Part shown: piece by piece, positions 1-7,150 of the stretch
How positions within the stretch are numbered: position 1 is the first letter of the stretch
How the letters are laid out: each line of letters begins with the position of its first letter
Virus record (IMG/VR): IMGVR_UViG_3300006201_000003
Coordinates: 128,095-138,206 of that record
Direction: 5' to 3' (one strand)
Origin: a virus
Lineage: Duplodnaviria; Heunggongvirae; Uroviricota; Caudoviricetes
DNA length: 10,112 bases
The notes under the pieces: generated by a model
Told to the model about the DNA's origin: nothing
The model's database searches: none
What the model saw: only the letters and a program-made list of their open reading frames with translations
Position numbers and translations under genes: made by a program

Positions 1-1143
1 ATTACTCCGTATCTGGATGAGGTAGAACGAATCAAGCGGAGCTGTGAGGTGCGAGATTTCAAAGATCCGCAAAACAAAGGAAATAGGAAACTGGGAGATC
101 TTCACCGTCTCCTTGCTGCAAAATGCAATATCGCCAGCACCCACGCACTATTTGAGACATACACCGCCGAAACTATTGAACTAATCCGAGATGGTGCTTA
201 TAAGCTCATTTTGGATGAAGTATGCCAGGTGGCGCAGACTATCAAAATTTCCCCAAAGGATTTGAAGATGCTGCGTGCTGAGATGATCGAAGTTGGCGAT
301 GATTGTCGTGTACGGTGGGTCAAGGAAGACTATGAGGGCAGATTTGAGGATTTGCGTGATATGTGCATGACTGGTAATGTTATTCTATATAACGACTGTC
401 TGCTACTCTGGCTGTTCCCTATTGAGGTTTTTCACGCTTTCAAAGATGTCATTATTCTAACCTATATGTTTGATGCGCAGGTTCAGAAATACTACTTTGA
501 TATGAACGGCATTGAGATACAGCAAATTGGCACTATGTATGAGAATGGTGAATATCATTTTTGCGACCAACCACATATTCCAGAGTATGTGAAAACCCTA
601 CATGAGAAAATCCATATTCTCGAAGATAGCAAGCTGAACAAGATTGGTGAGCAATATGCAAGCCTATCTGCGTCCTGGTATGATAGGGCAAAGAAAGCAA
701 AGGGATCGCCACTAATCAAACAAATGCGAAATAATTTGGTTAATGTCTTTACAAATCGTTTCGCTTCTCCTACCAGCCAGAACCTATGGACTGTGTTTGT
801 TGATTATCAAGACATACTGAAAGGAAAAGGCTATACGAAAGGCTTCCTTTCATTCAACATTCGGGCAACAAACGCATACCGAAATAGGGATCATTTGGCG
901 TACTGTGTCAATGTCTTTTATCATCCTCTGTTAAAAAATTATTTCCTCGATCATGGTGTTGAGGTAAAAGAAGAGGAGTATGCGTTGGGTGAGATGATCC
1001 AGTGGATTTGGCGTTCTGCAATTCGGGATGGCAAAGAAATTTGGGTGTATATTCCGAGTAGACGTATGAGAGAATTGCTGAAGAAGTGGTTGCTTGATCT
1101 TTCTTCCTTGGAAAATGACGAACAAAATCAAGGCGGTGATTGA
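1..1143 (+). CDS. yonV: SPbeta YonV-like SF2 (DExx) helicase-like protein, 5' truncated by the window edge
   Basis: Frame is open from base 1 (ITPYLDEVERIKRS..., motif Ia-like), so the real start is upstream of the tracked GTG at 49. Walker B-like LILDEV at 205-222; ILTYMF, GYTKGF..N.RATN and QWIWRSAIRDG..YIPS.RMR match my recollection of SPbeta YonV. Walker A is not in the window. Confidence 0.75.
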   Translation: MTPYLDEVERIKRSCEVRDFKDPQNKGNRKLGDLHRLLAAKCNIASTHALFETYTAETIELIRDGAYKLILDEVCQVAQTIKISPKDLKMLRAEMIEVGDDCRVRWVKEDYEGRFEDLRDMCMTGNVILYNDCLLLWLFPIEVFHAFKDVIILTYMFDAQVQKYYFDMNGIEIQQIGTMYENGEYHFCDQPHIPEYVKTLHEKIHILEDSKLNKIGEQYASLSASWYDRAKKAKGSPLIKQMRNNLVNVFTNRFASPTSQNLWTVFVDYQDILKGKGYTKGFLSFNIRATNAYRNRDHLAYCVNVFYHPLLKNYFLDHGVEVKEEEYALGEMIQWIWRSAIRDGKEIWVYIPSRRMRELLKKWLLDLSSLENDEQNQGGD

Positions 1144-1144
1144 G

Positions 1145-1471
1145 GTGGAAGATTTCAAGGAAACAGGATGGGATCATATCTCTGGTGATAAAACCGCCAC
1201 ATTTTCTACTTCTGAAAAGAAGTGGATTAAACTCATCTGGAAATTGAAAGAGGAGTACCCAGATGCGGTTGATATTCGGTATGTAAATAAAGATGGAAGT
1301 ATTTTGGTTCATTTACCAGCTGATTGGCTGAAAATCAGGCCAAAGAAAAATAGTAACTTAACAGCAGAACAAAAAGCGGCGTCAAAAGCAAGACTTGAAT
1401 TAGCGAGACAGAAGCGTTTAGAGGATTTGAGGACAGCTGGCGCAGCGGTGACAACGGAAGGAGGTAGCTGA
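1145..1471 (+). CDS. Hypothetical phage protein (~108 aa) with basic helical C-terminus
   Basis: ORF 1094-1471. GTG at 1145 lies one base after the upstream TGA (1141-1143), with SD-like AGGCGG ~8 nt upstream; ATG 1115 is an alternative start. The stop overlaps the next start (TGATG). Confidence 0.75.
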   Translation: MEDFKETGWDHISGDKTATFSTSEKKWIKLIWKLKEEYPDAVDIRYVNKDGSILVHLPADWLKIRPKKNSNLTAEQKAASKARLELARQKRLEDLRTAGAAVTTEGGS

Positions 1472-1671
1472 TGAACACCGCAAGTCAAGAGTGTATTTGG
1501 AAAGATCAGTGTGGCATGGAGTGTCCAGGGCATTGCTCTGACTTTACGCCAGCCGATGATGCTGGAGATAATGAGGATTACTACTCCAGCGTCTTGAAAG
1601 AAAACACCGAAGAGTATCAACATATGATTAACGACTATTCTGATAGGGGGATGTTTGACAGTGAATCGTGA
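1471..1671 (+). CDS. Small Cys-rich acidic hypothetical protein (66 aa), possible metal binding
   Basis: Strong SD GGAGGT at ~1461-1466; TGATG coupling with the previous gene; C-x5-C-x3-C-x3-C cluster. Confidence 0.75.
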   Translation: MNTASQECIWKDQCGMECPGHCSDFTPADDAGDNEDYYSSVLKENTEEYQHMINDYSDRGMFDSES

Positions 1672-2008
1672 ACAACGTAGGTCTTTTAAGAAGAAACACG
1701 GAAAAACAGCACGAGAGTATGCAGCAGACAAACTTAATAAGCTCTCTCAGAAAATTGAAAATCATTTGCTGGATGGCGATAAAGTAAGATTGGATGTAGA
1801 CCGTATTGTAAGCCGTAGTGATTATGCACACACAACTGAAGAGTATAAGGAGTTTGTGGAGTCCTCTCGTGATAAGGTTTTCACTGTCCGTCTTTATCGA
1901 AAACGCAATGATGGTTTTTCTGCGATAGTCGAACTTGCTGAAGAACCTAAGTGGTTGTTCTGGTATGGTGATCTGGTTCTGGTTCAGAATGGAGGGCAGT
2001 CCTATTAA
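1661..2008 (+). CDS. Hypothetical phage protein (~115 aa), basic N-terminus MNREQRR
   Basis: GTG at 1661 with AGGGGG upstream (TTG 1655 alternative); overlaps the upstream stop; same-strand operon packing. Confidence 0.75.
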   Translation: MNREQRRSFKKKHGKTAREYAADKLNKLSQKIENHLLDGDKVRLDVDRIVSRSDYAHTTEEYKEFVESSRDKVFTVRLYRKRNDGFSAIVELAEEPKWLFWYGDLVLVQNGGQSY

Positions 2009-4826
2009 CGGTTCAGTGTATATTGTATCTGCGGATGCAAAAGATTTGTTTTTGTCTAACTATTCCAATAGCCGTTGCATAGGGTATACCGTGCGGTATA
2101 GTGGTGGAGAGAACCAGGGAGAGTTTAATACCAAACGGTTTATAAATACGCTGGATTACAGCTTGGACTTAATCAAATTGCGTGAAATCTATGAGAAGGT
2201 TTACCGCAGAATGGATTTCACATTCAGCAAACGAGGGAAGGAATTTTGCCGTCGTGTTATCAATGTGACATTCAAGTACAGCATCAAGGAGTTCAATCGC
2301 TTCTTCGATAAGACATATATCAAATATGGATACTTGCCAAGCGACGTGGAGCTTGTAGATAACATCTGTATAAAAGACGGTGAGTTGATTGCAGTGCGGA
2401 TTGATGAAACAGTAAACAATCCGGTTGCAGCGTCTGTACTTGGTTCCTTATTCGTTTTTGAAGATGGTGCTTACAAGTTGGGGAAGAATATGAAGGTTCT
2501 ATTTACTGCTGCCCAACTTCGTGACCGTCTGTATCACGATGGATTTGACTGTGACGGAATCCATTTTCAGCGGTTTAAGCGTTCTGCCGGCAGTGGACGT
2601 GTTGGCAAATGTTTGTTTATCGACGAGAAACTTTACCCGCGTATGCACAAGTGGGAGCAGTGTGGTTTACGTGTCCGTCAAGGGCAAGAAATGGATCTTG
2701 CTGGATTCGAGGCGTACATTGCATTGACATTGAGTAGCATCATCGGAACAATTCAACTTCGTCCTGAAAACTTCCTTGTAATTGATGACTTCACCAGCAC
2801 ATTCAAAGATAAGGTAATTGCTACACGTCTTGGTGACGATGGTTGGCTTTCTTCTAAACCAGAAGAGGTTGAAATTTCCAACAGCATCTGGGATGGGCAG
2901 TCTCTTATCGACAAGAGTGCTATGGGTGAGTACGGCGAACATGGTATGATTCTTTTACGTAATAGGTTTTTTAAGTCTGCTTGCTTCAACTGCAATGTCC
3001 AGAAATTCTTTACGGAACAAGGAATCACGGAAGTGTCACAGTTGAACGGGTTTACCCTTGCCCAGTCTATTGAAGAAATCAAAGTGATTACTACACCAAG
3101 CAGTATTAAATATGTCAAGTTTGGCTCGTTGGAGCAGTGGCTTCAACTGTTGGAGGAGGATGGGGATTTTGGTGTTGTCAAACATGAAAAGCCCACACAT
3201 TTCTTTGACGGTAGGATGGTGCAGATTCACTACCAGCTGTTAAATACCTTGCAGATGACGCAGGAGGACGTTGACTCTCTGGTGAGGCCGTCTCTTGAAT
3301 ATTTACAGTTGATCGAAAACGACCCTGCCGTACTTCGGTATCATATCCGATACACTGGTGGAGAAAAGCCTTTGGACGCAGCGCCTTCGACGAACGACAT
3401 CATCTATCAGATGCTGGGGGTTACGGATCTCTTCGCCCAGACGAAGCTGTACGATGACTACCGGCACGATATTTCCAAAGCGTTCAAGAAAGACATTCGG
3501 CGTGGGCATATTCTGGTGAACGGGAACTACTCTACCTTGCTTGGCAATCCGATGGAGATGCTGTTCTCCTCTATCGGACAGTTCGACGGGAAGAGCCAAA
3601 TCGGTGTTGGAAATATTTACAGTAAACATTTCTCATTTAATCAGACCATTCTGGGATCTCGCAGCCCTCATGTGACGATGGGCAATATTCTTTTAGTTAA
3701 GAATAAAGAAAACCCAGAGATTGAACACTTCTTCAATCTTACAAATGAGGTAGTGTGTGTCAACAGCATTGAGGAGAACACCCTATTTCGTCTTTCGGGA
3801 GCCGACTTCGACTCTGACACAATGCTTCTAACGGACAACCCCATTCTGATACGGGCAGCGGTGCGTAACTACCACCGTTTCCTCGTGCCTACCAGTCTTG
3901 TTGATGCCAGAAAAATTGTGCGGCACTATACCAGAGTGGATCAGGCTGATCTTGACATCAAAACATCTGTAAACAAGATCGGTGAGATTGTTAATCTTTC
4001 CCAAGAGTTGAACACGAGGCTGTGGGATGCAATGAACGGTGGAGTAGACTTCTCCGAGGTGGAGGAGTTGTACTGCGAGATCGCCCAGCTGGACGTTTTG
4101 AGCAACATCGAGATCGACAAGGCGAAGCGTGAGTACGCAGTAGATAGCATTGGTGAAATCAAACGGCTGAGGAAGAAGTACGAAATGCGTGACAATGACG
4201 GGAGGCAGATCAAACCCAACTTCTTAGGGAAAATCGCCCGCATGAAAGGCTATTACGATAGTGACCGTAAGAACTATAAGTTCCATGACACCACTATGGA
4301 CTATCTGCAACATAGCCTAAACTCTTTCCGAATGAAGTGCATTAAAAAGCCGATGCTGCCGTTCTCAGCTTTGCTGGTGCCTACGAGCGGTGTTGATCTG
4401 AGCCATTCAGTGTGGCATCCGCAGGTAAACCGCATTTTGGAAATCGTTAGGGATATGCGGACGAAGATTCAGGCGATATGGAATAGTACCAATGACGATT
4501 TGGATAACGTCAGTAAAGCGATCCTTGTGAATGAGGTGCGCCAGGAGTATCTGGACTATATCAAAAATATCAAACTTAGCCGTCATACGGCGTGTCGTCT
4601 GCTGCTGGCGATTGAGGAGCCGACCAACAAGGATATTGGCCGCACCCTGTTCTATGCTCTCTTTTCTTTGCCTAATCAGGACTTCATTGACCTGATCGAG
4701 CAGAGCCGGACACCGATCTCAATGCTGATAGAGGATGAAAATGCAGCCGGAAGCATTGAAATATACGGTCTTCGCTTCCGAAAAGACATGGTAGTTCCGT
4801 CAAAACTCGTGGATTACATCTGTTGA
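1989..4826 (+). CDS. yonO: YonO-like single-subunit phage RNA polymerase (double-psi beta-barrel, eukaryotic RdRP-like family)
   Basis: Long ORF with RdRP-family motifs in order: KRSAGSGRVGKCLF, WDGQSLI (2889), RNRFFKS (2958), RSP (3660), catalytic loop SGADFDSD (Asp triad 3804-3818). Synteny with yonV/yonK/yonJ/HU as in SPbeta. Start is ATG 1989 or ATT 2004 (see findings). Confidence 0.85.
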   Translation: MEGSPINGSVYIVSADAKDLFLSNYSNSRCIGYTVRYSGGENQGEFNTKRFINTLDYSLDLIKLREIYEKVYRRMDFTFSKRGKEFCRRVINVTFKYSIKEFNRFFDKTYIKYGYLPSDVELVDNICIKDGELIAVRIDETVNNPVAASVLGSLFVFEDGAYKLGKNMKVLFTAAQLRDRLYHDGFDCDGIHFQRFKRSAGSGRVGKCLFIDEKLYPRMHKWEQCGLRVRQGQEMDLAGFEAYIALTLSSIIGTIQLRPENFLVIDDFTSTFKDKVIATRLGDDGWLSSKPEEVEISNSIWDGQSLIDKSAMGEYGEHGMILLRNRFFKSACFNCNVQKFFTEQGITEVSQLNGFTLAQSIEEIKVITTPSSIKYVKFGSLEQWLQLLEEDGDFGVVKHEKPTHFFDGRMVQIHYQLLNTLQMTQEDVDSLVRPSLEYLQLIENDPAVLRYHIRYTGGEKPLDAAPSTNDIIYQMLGVTDLFAQTKLYDDYRHDISKAFKKDIRRGHILVNGNYSTLLGNPMEMLFSSIGQFDGKSQIGVGNIYSKHFSFNQTILGSRSPHVTMGNILLVKNKENPEIEHFFNLTNEVVCVNSIEENTLFRLSGADFDSDTMLLTDNPILIRAAVRNYHRFLVPTSLVDARKIVRHYTRVDQADLDIKTSVNKIGEIVNLSQELNTRLWDAMNGGVDFSEVEELYCEIAQLDVLSNIEIDKAKREYAVDSIGEIKRLRKKYEMRDNDGRQIKPNFLGKIARMKGYYDSDRKNYKFHDTTMDYLQHSLNSFRMKCIKKPMLPFSALLVPTSGVDLSHSVWHPQVNRILEIVRDMRTKIQAIWNSTNDDLDNVSKAILVNEVRQEYLDYIKNIKLSRHTACRLLLAIEEPTNKDIGRTLFYALFSLPNQDFIDLIEQSRTPISMLIEDENAAGSIEIYGLRFRKDMVVPSKLVDYIC

Positions 4827-4888
4827 AGTCTAACAAAAATATGCAAAAAACAGGTTATTTCGCTCGTTAAATTCTAAAATGACCTCAT

Positions 4889-4916
4889 CTAACCACCGAG
4901 AAATCTCGGTGGTTAG
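4889..4916. repeat. Perfect 12-bp inverted repeat (hairpin)
   Basis: CTAACCACCGAG-aaat-CTCGGTGGTTAG in the yonO downstream intergenic region; no adjacent U-tract. Confidence 0.8.
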
Positions 4917-5001
4917 CTCGTCAAGAATTTTGGTCATATATGAGGAAAGCGACGAATAAAATCAAAGTTTCCTCAAATCTATATGAAAAGGATGAATTTT
5001 T

Positions 5002-5235
5002 GTGATCTCGATTACCAAAGAAGAGAAAATGCTTTTGGCGAAGCTGTACCCAAACTATACGTATCCACGCACTATGAAGCAGCGTTCTAAACGCCACCAC
5101 TATTTTTGCACAGAGAGTGAAGAGTTGATGCGGGCCATTGCTCATAGTAACTCTGCTGCCGCAGATCGTGTGAAAGAGTTTGACCGGCAACACGCCTTGC
5201 GTGAGGCACGTAGGAAACAGTGCGGTGAAAACTAA
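5002..5235 (+). CDS. Hypothetical phage protein (77 aa)
   Basis: GTG with AAAGGA SD upstream; TAATG coupling to the next gene; basic/His patch RTMKQRSKRHHYFC. Confidence 0.75.
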   Translation: MISITKEEKMLLAKLYPNYTYPRTMKQRSKRHHYFCTESEELMRAIAHSNSAAADRVKEFDRQHALREARRKQCGEN

Positions 5236-5429
5236 TGGCCTTTCAGGAAAAGCGAGAGCAATATACTAATGCTATAATCGACTGCTCCGATGGAACTTTG
5301 ACTGAGTTCCATCGGGACAGTGTAAGTTCATTTAGCATTGCTGAAATCTTAAAACGATGGGATGGCGTACCCGATATTACGCTGACGATTGAACGACGGA
5401 TAAATTTGCCGCCGTCAGAAGAGAGGTGA
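5235..5429 (+). CDS. yonK: YonK-family protein (64 aa)
   Basis: Size and pattern (LTE...F.IAEIL.RWDG..ITLTI.....LP) resemble SPbeta YonK; lies directly upstream of a YonJ-like gene as in SPbeta; TAATG overlap. Confidence 0.7.
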   Translation: MAFQEKREQYTNAIIDCSDGTLTEFHRDSVSSFSIAEILKRWDGVPDITLTIERRINLPPSEER

Positions 5430-5437
5430 AGCTATTC

Positions 5438-6664
5438 GTGAACCCAAAGTATGAACGAAAAGAAGGGGAGGATCTTTATGAGTACGGTCTTCGGCTCATT
5501 GAGATTAAGATGGAACAGAAACCGGACGACCTGGATTGGGAAGATATTGTAGAAGCCGCTCAACTGGATTGTCACCGTGACAGTCTTAGAAAAGCTGCAT
5601 CTGTTACACCATATTCTGGTTATGCTGTTGCACAATATTTTAAGCGCAAATATGCTGCTGATGGACGGCCTGACAAAGAGGAGTATCTTTCTGAACTGGA
5701 TGTGAAGATTGCAGAGGCAAGAAAGGAAGCAAAGCGGTTTTTTGATCAACGGCGCGAGTTTAATAAACTGGTAGATCGGATTGGTAGATCAGAGAATTTG
5801 GAAGATCGTCTTGTTGAAGCTGCAAATGTCCTAAATGAGTCTGAGCCATTGTGTGTAGATAAGTCTGTTGTTTATACTTATGATGATAATGAAGCCGTCA
5901 TTGTGTTTGCAGATTGGCACTACGGAATGACAACAGATAATATTTGGGAACGGTATAATACAGAGGTTTGTCTTCGCCGTGTAGAGCATTTGGTAGAGAC
6001 TGCGATTGAGCGAATCAAGCTGCATAGATGTCGCAAACTGCATATCCTTCTGCTTGGCGATATGGCACATGGAGCCATTCATACCAGCGCACGAGTAGCG
6101 TCTGAAGAACTTGTTTGTGACCAGGTGATGCAAGTCTCTGAAATTATTGCTCAGGCAGTGAATGCCTTAGCGGACACAGTAGAAGAAACCGTCGTACACG
6201 CTACATACGGGAACCATCTGCGCACTGTGCAGAATAAGCAAGATAGCATCCATGCTGATAACATGGAGCGCTTGATTCCCTGGTGGCTGGAGCAGCGGTT
6301 GGGTGATAGAGACGATGTGCAATTCCCAGAGGCGGAGTATTACGAGTTCTTATATTTTAACGTGTGCGGATATCAAATCTGCGCTACACATGGCGATCTT
6401 GACAGTGTGAAAAACGCTGGTAGAACATTGAATACTCTCTTTGTAAAGAAATACGGCTCTGGAATTGATTATGTAATTCTTGCCGATAAACACCATAAGG
6501 AAGAGTTTGAAGAACTTGGAATTGACAGTATGATCGTCAGAAGCCTTTGTGGAACTGATGAATACGCAAATGGAAAGCGGTTGTATTCTACACCTGGACA
6601 ACTGATGATGGTGTTCAAACCTGGAATTGGTGCTGATGCCTACTATCAGATCAAACTTGGTTAG
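5438..6664 (+). CDS. yonJ: YonJ-like calcineurin-like metallophosphoesterase with N-terminal helical/coiled-coil region
   Basis: Motifs ADWHYG, LLGDMAHG, YGNH, THGD, ADKHH in canonical order. Start GTG 5438 (SD GAGGTG 5423-5428) or GTG 5426 (GTGA overlap with yonK stop). Confidence 0.8.
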   Translation: MNPKYERKEGEDLYEYGLRLIEIKMEQKPDDLDWEDIVEAAQLDCHRDSLRKAASVTPYSGYAVAQYFKRKYAADGRPDKEEYLSELDVKIAEARKEAKRFFDQRREFNKLVDRIGRSENLEDRLVEAANVLNESEPLCVDKSVVYTYDDNEAVIVFADWHYGMTTDNIWERYNTEVCLRRVEHLVETAIERIKLHRCRKLHILLLGDMAHGAIHTSARVASEELVCDQVMQVSEIIAQAVNALADTVEETVVHATYGNHLRTVQNKQDSIHADNMERLIPWWLEQRLGDRDDVQFPEAEYYEFLYFNVCGYQICATHGDLDSVKNAGRTLNTLFVKKYGSGIDYVILADKHHKEEFEELGIDSMIVRSLCGTDEYANGKRLYSTPGQLMMVFKPGIGADAYYQIKLG

Positions 6665-6674
6665 GAGTGATTTT

Positions 6675-6992
6675 GTGCTCAAGAACGATCTTGTCCTTGC
6701 ATTGTCTGAGATGGACTACTATAAGAACCAGGCTGGAGCTGTTATCAATGATGTGTTTCGTGTCATTGCTGAGGCGCTGACTAAGGGAGAAAAGGTAACA
6801 ATCCGAGGGTTCGGGACTTTTGAAGTGAAGAAGAGAAGGGGAAGCCTTGTTCGTGATATCCATACACGAGAGCAAAAGCGGATAGATGATTACCAGGTTG
6901 TGGTATTTCGTCCTGGTGACAACTTAAAAGACGCTGTGAAGACACAAGACCCCAACAAACTTAGCTTGCTGGCTAAAACCGAAAAAAAATAA
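6675..6992 (+). CDS. hup: HU/IHF-family DNA-binding protein (equivalent of SPbeta YonN)
   Basis: GTG 6675 with AGGAG SD; signature KVTIRGFGTFEV and VVFRPGDNLKDAV; short C-terminal extension. Confidence 0.9.
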   Translation: MLKNDLVLALSEMDYYKNQAGAVINDVFRVIAEALTKGEKVTIRGFGTFEVKKRRGSLVRDIHTREQKRIDDYQVVVFRPGDNLKDAVKTQDPNKLSLLAKTEKK

Positions 6993-6996
6993 AAAA

Positions 6997-7064
6997 ATTT
7001 TGTTCGTCGCTATTGACATCCACTGAAACCTGTGGTATAGTATGACCATAGCGACGAACAAAAT
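6997..7064. repeat. Perfect 17-bp inverted repeat flanking the promoter core
   Basis: ATTTTGTTCGTCGCTAT (6997-7013) and ATAGCGACGAACAAAAT (7048-7064), 34-bp spacer. Confidence 0.9.
7013..7041 (+). promoter_or_regulatory. Consensus sigma-A/sigma-70 promoter for the RNA array
   Basis: TTGACA (7013-7018), 17-bp spacer, extended -10 TGTG-G-TATAGT (7031-7041), upstream A-tract 6982-6997; predicted TSS ~7047-7048, ~21 nt before tRNA-Thr. Confidence 0.9.
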
Positions 7065-7068
7065 CAAT

Positions 7069-7144
7069 GCTGATGTAGTTCAGTTGGTAGAACGACTGAT
7101 TTGTAATCAGTAGGTCGCAGGTTCGACCCCTGTCATCAGCTCCA
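7069..7144 (+). tRNA. tRNA-Thr(UGU)
   Basis: 76-nt cloverleaf; GCTGATG/CATCAGC acceptor; ACTGA-TTTGTAA-TCAGT; GGTTCGAC T loop; encoded CCA. Confidence 0.95.
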
Positions 7145-7150
7145 TGTTCC

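Noticed and set aside
4889-4925. Intrinsic terminator after yonO
   Set aside because: Strong hairpin but no U-tract directly after it on either strand; kept only as an inverted repeat.
908-6875. Minus-strand and alternate-frame ORFs over the coding module (e.g. 908-1312, 1309-1731, 2521-2727, 2753-3118, 3303-3629, 3941-4243, 5432-5749, 6350-6682)
   Set aside because: They lie within or opposite well-supported, coupled + strand genes and show no recognisable motifs; treated as shadow ORFs.
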